Shown here piece by piece: positions 1 through 11,374 of a stretch of 64,000 bases of DNA (within the stretch, counting starts at the first letter, position 1; each line of letters starts with the position of its first letter). The translations under genes were made by a program, and so were the position numbers. This DNA comes from Octopus sinensis (taxonomy: Eukaryota), in the NCBI RefSeq assembly GCF_006345805.1, contig NC_042997.1, positions 24,986,001 to 25,050,000 on the forward strand, written 5' to 3'. Under the pieces are notes generated by a model. It saw only the letters and a list, made by a program, of their open reading frames with translations, was not told where the DNA came from and did not search any database.

Positions 1-176
1 CAAATTTACGAAATACGTTGTAGTTCTAATTTACATACATATATACGTAGGTACATTGATACATACAGACGCCATTATCTTAGTCACTTTCTTACGCTGA
101 CGGACATAAATATCCACGCCACACACGCACCTATAAACCCACATATATATATACATACATATACATATCGCAGTTT

Positions 177-210
<34 letters not shown>

Positions 211-259
211 ATATATATATATATATAATATATATCTATATTTATATATATGTATATTT

Positions 260-276
260 TTTTTAAAAACAGGCTC

Positions 277-311
<35 letters not shown>

Positions 312-1171
312 TACATTATATATAAGGGCTTAGTAAAATAAATTACTTTGCCACATACTGAACTCATTAGAAATAGCAGCTAAAGAATTTCTTCAGCTAT
401 TTCTAATACTTAAAAGATCTCTCTCAGATAGTGTTTGCCTAAACTAACTCACAAAAGTATGGGGGAAAAAACATTAAAAAATCAAGTGCAAAGGTTATTT
501 GAGAACGTACGTTTCTAGATTAGTCAATTCGACATTTCTTTCTTCAGCTCAGAATTCCTTGAATCGGATTTGGGAACACTGAAAGTCGGGAGCATACCCT
601 TTCGGCTTCTAATCACCTCTAGAATTCTGCCCGAACTAAAAGTGCTATCAAATTCGAATATGCAAGCGAAGAATTTCTGCTCTCCCCTTTCCACCAGCGT
701 GGGTTAAAATTGACAAACACCATGTATTAACGGTCAAAACCGCAGCATTTAGCAGAGAAAGATGAATTATAATTTCAACAATTGAGGGTAAAATTAATTA
801 ATTATTAATCAATTTCACCAAGTATTCAGTATGTAAAGGGACCATTATAGGCGAATTCAAAATATTCTAATCTAGAAACGTACGTTCTCAAATAACCTTT
901 GCACTTGATTTTTTAATGTTTTTTCCCCCATACTTTTGTGAGTTAGTTTAGGCAAACACTATCTGAGAGAGATCTTCTTTAAGTATTAGAAATAGCTGAA
1001 GAAATTTCTTTAGCTGCTATTTCTAATGAGTTCAGTATGTGGCAAAGTAATTTATTTTACTAAGCCCTTATATATAATGTAATATTTTGAATTCGCCTAT
1101 AATGGTCCCTTTACATACTGAATACTTGGTGAAATTGATTAATAATTAATTAATTTTACCCTCAATTGTTG

Positions 1172-1209
<38 letters not shown>

Positions 1210-1223
1210 CCTGTTTTTAAAAA
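260..1223. mobile_element. Nested inverted-repeat cassette carrying a hammerhead motif (Penelope pseudo-LTR or retrozyme-like), embedded in (TA)n
   Basis: 308-523 is the reverse complement of 867-1085 (3 nt of indels). 768-866 is the reverse complement of 1081-1179. 260-282 is the reverse complement of 1201-1223 (1 mismatch). (TA)n tracts lie inside both ends. Confidence 0.75.
491..560 (-). ncRNA. Type I hammerhead ribozyme-like motif
   Basis: Minus strand reads AAGG-AAUUC-UGAG-CUGAAGA-A-AGA-AAU-GUC-GAAUU-GAC-UAA-UCU-A-GAAAC-GUAC-GU-U^CUCA-AAUAA-CCUU. Core CUGANGA/GAAA; stem I UGAG/CUCA plus AAGG/CCUU; stem II GUC/GAC plus AGA/UCU; palindromic stem III. Confidence 0.7.
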
Positions 1224-2129
1224 TTTAATCTCCTGTGAATCGAGGTGCTTCACATAATATACTACGAAAATGAGTGGAATTGCGTACTGCTAAATGAAAA
1301 AAATAATATTCAAGCAAACATGTGGCCGTTTTCAGAGTCATTTCATCTTCTATTCTTATATTCTTTTAGAATTAAGCTTGTGAGTTTGCAAATTTTCACA
1401 ACGATGACACACGTTCATTCAAAATATTTAAGATGCTTTAAAGGACTATTGTTATATAAATGTTCTTTAAAAATTTATGTCCAAGCCTGACATTGACAAT
1501 TTTGTTGTCATGTGTAGACCCTGTATGCACCTGTTGACATTTATGCCTTTAAGTGTTCTGCACTCATAGATAATACTGTTTCGAAATGCACTAAACATCT
1601 GCAACAAGCTCCTAACTCTTAATGTAAATATCACGTGGTATTATGGAAGGCTAGGTTTTTTCTTAAGCATTATATTTTTATTGTAGAAAAGTCTTATCGA
1701 GTCTATACATTATCTGTTTTTTTAAGTGCAAAATTATTTTAGTATCGTTGAAATACTTGTTTATTTTTTAACAATTATTATGGAATCTCTTATTTAACTT
1801 TATCTGAAGTTATTTTGTTTCTGTTGGAAAGGAACAGAATAATGATAATAAGTATGAGTTCAGCAGTGTTTGCCTGCGGCTCAAAAGTTAAAAATAATCT
1901 GTTATATACCCAGGAGCAGACGATTATTTTTATTTCTTGTTTTTTTTTTTATACATAATATATTTTTTTCTTTTCCAGAACAAATATTGTAAGATTATAG
2001 TGTTTTGATGCTGCTTCTGGGTTGCGTGACAAAGTGACGGAAATCAGAGTAAAAAAAAAAAAAAAATGACAATGACGATTGTCAAAAAACAAGGTAAAAA
2101 CATCAAAACAACATGAATGATAATACTTT

Positions 2130-2275
2130 AAGATTTCGGCACAAGGCCAGCAATGTTAAAAGGAGGGGTAAGTCGAATGCATAGACCTCAGTACTTGACA
2201 GGTTTACGCAGCTGGTATTTGATCTCAGAATGTAAAGAACCGGAAAAAAATGTCACTAAGCAATTTCTCTGATGT
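2130..2275 (-). mobile_element. SINE family F2, diverged copy
   Basis: Matches the F2 tail variant (ggcacaaggcc...gtaagtcga) and a decayed body. Confidence 0.5.
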
Positions 2276-2298
2276 TCTGATAAATCTGCCATTTTGCC

Positions 2299-2420
2299 AC
2301 CTTAATAATAATAAGGACAATGATGATGATGATAATGATGGTGATGATGATGATGATGATGATGATGAGGAGAAGGAGGAGGAAGATAATGATAATAATA
2401 ATAATAATAATAATAATAAT
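2299..2420. repeat. Compound trinucleotide microsatellite (AAT/GAT/GAG)n
   Basis: Directly visible tandem triplets. Confidence 0.95.
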
Positions 2421-3210
2421 ATTCTTCACTGGACTCTAAATGAACTAATCAAAATAGACAGGAAAACAAGAAAAATAAGGATTTAGGATGCACGACCCAA
2501 AATCTGACGTAGGGAGGTTATTTATACAACGTATCGCAGGTAGTAGAGGCCTTATAAATGTAGAAAACTATTACAAAATAACCATTCTTAACCAAAATAA
2601 CTATTTCAGAAGCAAAGAAAATGATACAATTAACCACAAAGCAAGATCAAAACAAAAGACTCTTTTCTGTCTTTAAAGAAGCATACAAAAATAAATCATG
2701 GTACCTAACAGCTATGAAGAAAAATAAGAAAAAACAAAAGCTATATAACAACTGAAATCCGAACTAAATCTGGAACAGCAATGGATCGTGATAAAACGAT
2801 GGCAAGGAAAGCCCCTTTATGGCAAATATTGAGTTAAAATAAACAAAAAAGAAATAGACAAAGCAGAATCCCAAGAATGCTTGAAAAGCTCAGGACTCAA
2901 AGTAGAGACTGAAGGATTTTTAATTGCAAGCACAAGATCAAAGCCTTGCCACCAGAAATTACCAAAAATATGTAATAAAAAGAAATGCAACAAGCAACTG
3001 CAGAATATGTGAAGATGGACAAGAAACAATAAATCATATTGTCTGTTGCTGCCCAGTCCTGGCTAAGAAGGAATATATACACAGACACGATAGTGTTGGA
3101 ACCTATATACACTGGAATCTATGCCAACACTATGGAATAAGAACAGAAAAAGATGGTGTATGCACACCCCAGCAAAGGCCACAGAAAATGAGAAAGCAAC
3201 CATACTATGT
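2421..3210 (+). mobile_element. RLE-type (R4/Dong-like) LINE fragment: RT C-terminus and CCHC zinc knuckle, frameshifted
   Basis: Peptides LHWTLNELIKIDRKTRK, HDPKSDVGRLFIQRIAGSRGLINVE, ETEGF, QDQSLATRNY, CRICEDGQETINHIVCCCPVLAKKEYIHRHD. Confidence 0.9.
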
Positions 3211-3522
3211 GTCTTAATTATACTTGCACTGACGATTAAAAAGTGCATTTTTACACGCTAATTATGAAATCAAATGATATACAGCTGAATCTAGTTGCAT
3301 TCCCTCGCGTTCGGTATACTGTATTTATTACGGAAGTTTTGACCTTAAGAGCCCCTCATAGCATGAGGCATTTATGTGTAGTAATGCCCATAATATAAAT
3401 AAATATATTTAAAGGCAATAACCATAGTTTTTCCTTAATGTAGTTTTTCACGCTGACTGCTTGATAAAATCCTATAAAGATTTTATCCTATTCTAAATAT
3501 ATATATATATATATATATATAA

Positions 3523-3898
3523 TACTTGTTTCAGTCATTTGACGGTGGCCATGCTAGAGCACCGCCTTCAGTCGAGCAAATCGACCCCAAGACTTATTCA
3601 TCGTAAGCCTAGTTCTTATTCTATCGATCGCTTTTGCCGAACCGCTAAGTTATGGGGACGTAAACACACCAGCATTAGTTGTCAAGCAATTTTGGGGGAC
3701 AAACGCAGACACACAAATATATATTCACATATAAACGACGGGCTTCTTTCAGTTTCCGTCTACCAAATCTACTCACAAGGATTTGGTCGGCCCGAGGTTA
3801 TAGTAGAAGAAACCTGCCCATGGTGTCACGCAGTGGGACTGAACCCGGAGCCATGTAGTTGCTACACAAGCTGCTTACTACACAGCCATTCCTGCGCC
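3523..3898 (-). mobile_element. SINE family F1 (tRNA head, CORE-like ttgggcaagtg block, internal microsatellite, aaagagt tail)
   Basis: Reverse complement of the F1 copy at 9497-9907. Confidence 0.9.
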
Positions 3899-3899
3899 T

Positions 3900-3949
3900 A
3901 TATATAAATATATCTATATAATATTTACAGATAGATTATTATATATTAT

Positions 3950-4006
<57 letters not shown>

Positions 4007-4433
4007 ATATATATATATCACTGATCTACTAAGTAGAAACATATAGATAGCTAGATAGCTAGATAGATATATAGGTAGATAGATAGATAGATAGGTAGAT
4101 AGATATGTGTGGGTGTGAGGGCTTATCTCCAATATAGTAATCTAAAGATCATTATCATACACTCTCTCTTTCCAGCCAACATCTTTGACATTTCTCTGGC
4201 GCAGGGGTAGGGAGGTCCAAGAGAGTGTCGACGTGTACTCACGTTAGTATAGGCATCCAAAACAACTAAATAACAAGCGAAAATATAAATATGGTACAAG
4301 TTACCAGGACATATGCACCTTGATAGTGACGATAGAGACGAGTAAGTATACACACAAGCAAGCGTGCACGTACGCAGTCACGCTCACACACACACACACA
4401 CACACATGTAAATGTCGAATGACATATATATGA

Positions 4434-4484
<51 letters not shown>

Positions 4485-4490
4485 ATATAC

Positions 4491-4555
<65 letters not shown>

Positions 4556-4688
4556 CATGTAAATATATATTATATATACATACACATATATACGTATGCA
4601 TACATATATATGAATATATAAGTAAATGCAAGTCTATGCATATGTATTTTTGAGCATATACATATATATACATATTTGTGTGCTTGTG

Positions 4689-4734
<46 letters not shown>

Positions 4735-4767
4735 GTGTATATATATATATATGCGTGTGTGTGTGTA

Positions 4768-4823
<56 letters not shown>

Positions 4824-4865
4824 CATACATATATATACATATATATTCACACACAAACACACATA
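3900..4865. repeat. (TA)n, (TG)n, (TAGA)n and (CA)n microsatellite arrays with a short spacer
   Basis: Visible tandem arrays at about 3900-4110 and 4385-4865. Confidence 0.95.
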
Positions 4866-6103
4866 TAGATAAACCTTTATTCGCATTTGATACGAATGGT
4901 TTTTTCCCTTCCAAACCCCTATTTCGTGTGAAAAAGCAACATTATTCTTATCAACATTGTTCTTTTGATTGTTCTTGTGTCTTTCGTTGATTCACCGTCT
5001 TTGTTGATCTTCTCAGCATTTTTCCGAGTGAACGAGAACATTCGAGAAACGGTAGTTCCCCATCGGATGAATGGCAGGTGATAATACGTTTCATGTGAAA
5101 CTTGATCAAAAGGTGCCAAATAATCTCTGTTGGCTATGAATATTGATGAAAACATCGTGCACATCACATCTTCTGATGTCAATCATTATTTGACACTTGC
5201 ACTCTGACCGAAATATATTAATGTTAATATGTTTATTTTCGAAAGTGGTGTGTAAGTTCATTCCCACTGCTCAACACCAATTTATATAAAATGTGATATT
5301 GAAAAAAAAAATAAGGATAATATAAATAATATAACAAATTATAATAAAAAATACAATGCTTTAACAATGGAAAGTGTCTCAGGCAAGTTATTCGGTATTC
5401 TTCTTGATCGGGAAAAATTATGAAATGAAACACACACACACACAGAGTGACTCACAAACGCAGACGCACTCACACACGCATGCACATTTACGCACACACA
5501 GACAATGGATAACGCCCACATACAAAGTAGCAGTTCTTATATAAAAAAAACATTTAAAAAATAACTAAAAAATGAGCAAAAACAAGATTTCTTTCAACTT
5601 CAAACATGCAAACAGAAAAATACAAAAGAAAATAATTTTAAAATAATTATTATAAAAACAAAACACTAAACGAAATAAATGTGATCACTAATTCAACTAA
5701 CAGGTTTTGTTTAATTAACTGGATACATTCCACCAGACACACGCGCGCACGCACGCTCATACACATTCACAAACCAGACACCACGCATGCACACACACAC
5801 ACAAACAAACTCTCTTATTCTTTGCGTCTTTCTGCATTTCTCTCTGCTATACACGTTTGTGTGTTTCATAACTAAAAACAAATCTCGCTATTACACCTTT
5901 ATTCGTCAACTTGAAGACATTATTCACTAAAAGTTCTCTGCACTTAATACGAAATTGGAGATATGTTCCATTTTCTATGTGAAGTTACAATGTATTTTAG
6001 ACGTCTTTAAAATATGTGCCTTTTTAGCAAGATTTAAAGCACACATACACAGATCCACAGATGCACACACATACACATACACATACATACATGCATATAT
6101 ATA

Positions 6104-6277
6104 GGGAGAATTCATTAAAAAAAAAACAAAAGACGAAGACAGGTGGTGTAGACAACAAACAGGTGTATTAGTATAACGCTCAGGAAGTGAAAAAGCCTTT
6201 AACGTTTCGAGCCTACGCTCTTCCACTGAAAGGAACACGGAAAGAAACAAGGAGAGAAAATAAAGAATGTGTAGTGG

Positions 6278-6278
<1 letters not shown>
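6104..6278 (-). mobile_element. Short Penelope-type terminal repeat unit with hammerhead-like motif, copy A
   Basis: Same unit as 31927-32130 and 35383-35662; flanked by TA-rich tracts. Confidence 0.75.
6196..6233 (-). ncRNA. Minimal hammerhead-like motif with degenerate core
   Basis: CCUUU-CAGUGGA-A-GAGC-GUAG-GCUC-GAAAC-GU-U-AAAGG. Confidence 0.35.
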
Positions 6279-6317
<39 letters not shown>

Positions 6318-6329
6318 TAATGGTGTCAT

Positions 6330-6895
6330 TGAGACCCAGATGTGTCAAGTAATGCTGAATAAGTTCTATAGACAGACCATAGTTAAGTTCCAGATTCGGT
6401 AATATTGCGAATAAAGGATTCAACATTGGTTCTATGTCAGCGTGTGTATATAAGAATTTTTTGTTTAATAAATAAAATCCAAGGCTGTGTAGATATTAGA
6501 GCATTCATAGATAGGTATTACAGCAGTTTCTAGGATATTTATTAATTATATATCTTCATCGGAGACGGTGTGAGAGGATAGTTGAGTCATAGTTAGTTTA
6601 GATGTGATACAAATAGAGAGTGAGGTGGAGGAAAGAAAATAGATGCAAGATATGTATGGGTATTGAAGTTGTAAATCCATATTTTAGGCATAATGGTATA
6701 TATGCAATATTCCAATATCCTATGAATAAAGTCCAAAAGTCCAACAGAGTTTAAAATGAGTCCTTCCAAATATAGAGTTTATAAGCAATGTAAGATTCCC
6801 TTATGAGTGAGATCCATCAGATTTTTAAACTTGGTCATTCCCAGTAGAGAAATTATATAGTGTTGCAGAGTCGAAGGTTTTTATACAAAGTCCAC
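6330..6895 (-). mobile_element. Decayed Penelope-like reverse transcriptase fragment
   Basis: KTFDSATLY resembles TFDFSTLY; LYS*DIGI resembles LYxQxIGIPMG; NYGLSIELIQHY resembles AYGVYISQLIRY. Many stops. Confidence 0.5.
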
Positions 6896-7409
6896 TTTAA
6901 AGTCCGTTAAAGTCCAATTTAAAGTCCGTTATCTGAATGTGGGTTCTTGCGGAGAAATGCATCACCTTTATTCAATGACTACCTGTGATAATAAAAATCT
7001 GCAAGACCTTCTTAAAATTCAAAAGTTGGTGAAGAAAGCAAGATGCGTTCCTTCACGAACTTACCAAGTAGGTGGCCATCCAAAATTTACTTCAAATGGA
7101 AAAGAAAAATGTACGCGCGCGCACACACACATTAATATCTTTTATGCCAAACTATACGTATAAAAATAATTTAATATTAAACTCTAGGATTACTCAGAAC
7201 TTCTTAGTAGAGTTCTTAGTAGAGTTCATTAATTATTGATTTTTGCAGGGAAAAAAGTATTGGTTTGCTCACCGTCATCGTTGAAGTCACTGTCACCATG
7301 TTCCATGATTCCTTGAATATATTGAATATATACATATATATACATATGTGTGTGTGTGTGTAATGATTCAAGTGGTTAAATAAATATATTCGTTTATCCT
7401 CTGGCTTGT

Positions 7410-8540
7410 AGGTCTCTTTGGATTATATGCACTGAGATCGACGTTCCTATCCAAAGCTGCTGATCTATACCGAGACGATGGGTTGGGAATATCTCGTGTC
7501 TGTGATGGCGACACTCTTGACAAATTTAGGAATACAATTCAATGGTGCCTTTAGTCAATTATGCCTCAAAATTGCTGTTACTACTAATTTGTTAAAAGTC
7601 GACTTTTAGATGTTTTCCTAGATCTAAACTCCAGCCCTTATAAACCGTCCCATAACCCAAACGAGAAACTCTCCTCCATACATAAACGGCCCTGTCGCCC
7701 AATTTTAGTGTTTAAAAACCTGATAACTAACATTAGTAATATGAAATCAAATTTCTCTCCTTTTAAAGAAATATTTCTATAAGGCAGCCGCCTACTATAA
7801 AAAGCCCTAGCTAACAGTGGCTCTAAAGAAAAGTTATAATACAGCCTTTCAAGTAATTAAATGAATCATAAAAATAGATCTAAAAATAAACCTAGGAAAA
7901 TAACTTGGTTCGCTCCGCCCTTTCTTCCTAAATGTTAAAACTAACATAAGCAAGAAAATCCTGTCTCTTGTAGATAAACATTACTCAATAAATCACAAAT
8001 ACAGGAAGATTTTCAAAAAGATGTTCTACTAAAATAGTTGCTGCTTCAATATGAAGAACATTATAGCTCGTAAACAGTACCAAGATACTACACTCAACTG
8101 TAACTGTCGAGACCCTGAAACTTGCCCACTTGGCTAGGAGTGTATGATAAATTCTGTCGTGTACGTAGAATTAACAGCAACGCTTCAGGGTACCCTAAAA
8201 GAAAAGAATAATTACATCAGGTTATGTGAAGGCAATTTCAAAAGAAAAAGAAAACGTTATGCAAATCGCCTATCTTCCCGACATATCAAGAAAGGTAATG
8301 TCATTAAATTGGTTGCCACGTATGAAGTTTGATGACCAAATCCACACCACGTACAATTAAGTGGAGAATCGTGGAGAAATCCACGCCATTTATGAAAGGT
8401 TCTTAGAAATGCAACTTATGCGTAGCAGACATATCACATATTTCATTTAGATACAATAATTTCACTACGCTGATCACTTCCAGATAGGAAATTTTTAGCA
8501 GGTGCAAGCACATAGGCACGTTCATATTGTCGAACTGGAG
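7410..8540 (+). mobile_element. Decayed Penelope-like element: RT C-terminal half and GIY-YIG endonuclease
   Basis: DLYRDDGL at 7462-7485, LDVFLDLN..YKP, ITWFAPPF, NVKTNISKKILSLVDKH, CNCRDPETCPLG, SVVY..NYIRLCEGNFK, EIFSRCKH. Confidence 0.9.
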
Positions 8541-9225
8541 GATGCCACCTGCTCCGGAATGAGTGGCTGTCTCTCAGATTTTGGCAGCTTTTCTGTTATA
8601 TTGTTCTACAACAGCTGCATTAATTATGGTTTCTGCAATCAAGAAGGATGGAGATCTTGGCTTTCTTTCTTTCTTTTCTTTCTTCTCGTTCCACTTTTTG
8701 CCTTAATATTTTTCATTTCTTTTTTCCTTCTAGTTTTTTTCTCATTTTCTCAAAGTCCCGCATCGTAACTTTTAAAGTACATATAACATGTAAGCAAAGC
8801 CTGATCGATAGTTTGTAGATACATGGCGTGTTTTATAAATGTACCTTTTTCAAGTATCGTAAAATCATGAAATTATCAGTACTTCTTTCGCAATTTGTCT
8901 ATTAAATGATATGTATCTATCGCTGGATAGAGTACATTTTTTGTTAATCCTACCCGTATTAGATTTCTCTATATACATATACATTCATATCAGTTACGTT
9001 TGGAAAGCGTCTAACAATGCAAAAGAATGTATAAATATTTAAAAAAATGAACAAATATTAGTGTTAACATAAGTATGATTTAATCAATTCTTTATATTTT
9101 AGGGAACATATCCATCAGGAGAAACAAATATTTAAGAGAATTTGGTAGCTTTTGTATCCATTTGGGTGCCGTGGAAAGCTTTGTGTTTAATATTCAGTAT
9201 TCATTAGCATCTACAAAACAAACTG

Positions 9226-9258
<33 letters not shown>

Positions 9259-9496
9259 AATCATCATCAATTTTAGTTGTCGTTGCATTATTAGTCGTAG
9301 TAGTAGTATATAGTACTCCTTTGGTAGTCTTTTACGTGAAGATACACAAAATGCTCATTATACACAGTATACTTGAAGAAAAATCGACCTTATGCGACAT
9401 GATATTAAGCCATAACTTCTTTTACTTCAACAACTGAGGTAGAAACAGTTGCGCCGTAATGTTTTGGACATACACACACACGTGTACATGTATATA

Positions 9497-9907
9497 GGCG
9501 CAGGAGTGGCTGTGTGGTAAGTAGCTTGCTAACCATCCACATGGTTCCGGGTTCAGTCCCACTGCGTGGCATCTTGGGCAAGTGTCTTCTGCTATAGCTC
9601 CGGGCCGACCAATGCCTTGTGAGTGGATTTGGTAGACGGAAACTGAAAGAAGCCTGTCGTCTATATGTATATATATATATATGAATGTGTGTGTGTTTGT
9701 GTGTCTGTGTTTGTCCCCTTAGCATTGCTTAACAATCGATGCTGGTGTGTTTACGTCCCCGTCACTTAGCGGTTCGGCAAAAAGAGACCGATAGAATAAG
9801 TACTGGGCGTACAAAGAATAAGTCCCGGGGTCGATTTGATCGACTAAAGGCGGTGCTCCAGCATGGCCGCAGTCATATGACTGAAACAAGTAAAAGAGTA
9901 AAGAGTA
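9497..9907 (+). mobile_element. SINE F1, full length
   Basis: A box tggctgtgtggtaag, B box ggttcagtccc, internal (TA)(TG) tract, aaagagt tail. Confidence 0.92.
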
Positions 9908-11222
9908 AATAAACATAAACATACAGAAACGCTCGCCTGCACACACACAGTTGGGGTCACATGGATTGGTATAAAGAGTAATGAAAGGACGTGAGTAGAA
10001 TAAGGCTTACATATAAGTTTGTATATTTTCCAGAAGTGTATACAAATATATTTAAATCTTATTTCAAGGTTAAACAGTGAAATCGATAGGACGGATCCAT
10101 ATGTTACACCATTCAGTAAACCACAAGTTCTGGAATAAATGAATTGATGCATAACAAAATCTTTGTAGCCTGGTTTTATGCGGGGCAATATCGTGTGCTC
10201 TTTCTTAACTCGGTTTTGTGTGTGTGTTTTTTTTTTTTTGCACGGGTGAATAAACGGGAAACGAGTCGAGAATCTAACTCGATGGAAGATAAAATGGTAC
10301 TGTGTATTTTCTATGTTGGACTTGTGTTAGTATGATGACTCGGAGTAGTGCTCTGAATCCATGTAGTGATTTAGAGAAAGAAATATTTTTTTCTATCTGA
10401 AGTTAAATACTTGTCGAACGCGTACGGTCGTTCAAAAAGGTAAGTGAAAAGTCTGTATGATATTACTGTATTTGGATCAGATTCTAGATTTGGGAAATTC
10501 TACGGTACTGGTATGAGAAAATTGATGGTGTGTGTGGGGGGATTCATCAGTAGTTTCGTCGCAAAGTTCGAGTTTATTCATGGAAGAAAGTATGACATTT
10601 CCTTGAAATCAGGATAGAAAACAATTGGTGAACGCATTCGCCCAAATCAATATCTGACAGTGGTGGATATTTCGTGGCGTGTTTGATAAGTTGTGACGTG
10701 CTTGACTACGCTATTTCGTGACGTGTTTGATAGACTGTTAAAATGAATCAAAGTAATTATTCCTTCTATAATTATTTAGAAGAATGGAAGGATTGTTTTA
10801 CTGATTTAGACATTTCAATCTCTTGCAACGTAAACATTTCTCGTGTGGTTATTGGTAAATCATTCAAATCCAGTAATATCACTGCGACTGAGGGGCGATA
10901 AATAGCAATATAGGTGTCATCAATTAAAAGTGTGCGATATATTGAAATTAATAAATAGTATAAAACATCATAAAAGAGAAAGTTATAATCCATAACATCA
11001 TTGTAATTTTATATTGTAGGCAAGTTACTCTCAATATTAGAAAACTTAAAAATTAAGATATAGCTCAGTTACCAATCAAGCAAACAGCACTAGAATCTAA
11101 TAAGGCAAAGTATATGAAGGCAAAATAATAATAAACCAGAGTTTGATCAAGTTTCTTAAAGCAGAGATTTGTAGTGTTGCTTCATGATACAAGAAAAGTA
11201 TGCAGATAATATGGATTATAAT

Positions 11223-11324
11223 AATTTGGTGATGATAATTAATATATGCTTTAGGATAAAAATTTGATGATAATAATTAATATATCTTTGATGATAACAA
11301 ATTTGATGATAATAATTAATATAT
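11223..11324. repeat. Minisatellite, about 38-bp unit, 2.7 copies
   Basis: aatttgatgataataattaatatat recurs at 11223, 11261 and 11300. Confidence 0.8.
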
Positions 11325-11374
11325 ATTATGCATTCGTGTAGTGCAAGTTCCATAGCAAACGTGAATTTCTTTTT

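Noticed and set aside
8541-8980. Minus-strand coding-like K/E/R-rich stretch
   Set aside because: Stops in every frame and no recognisable family.
10480-10735. Possible mariner YSPDL-region remnant and a 22/44-bp repeat with TGACGT motifs
   Set aside because: Similarity too weak to support a call.
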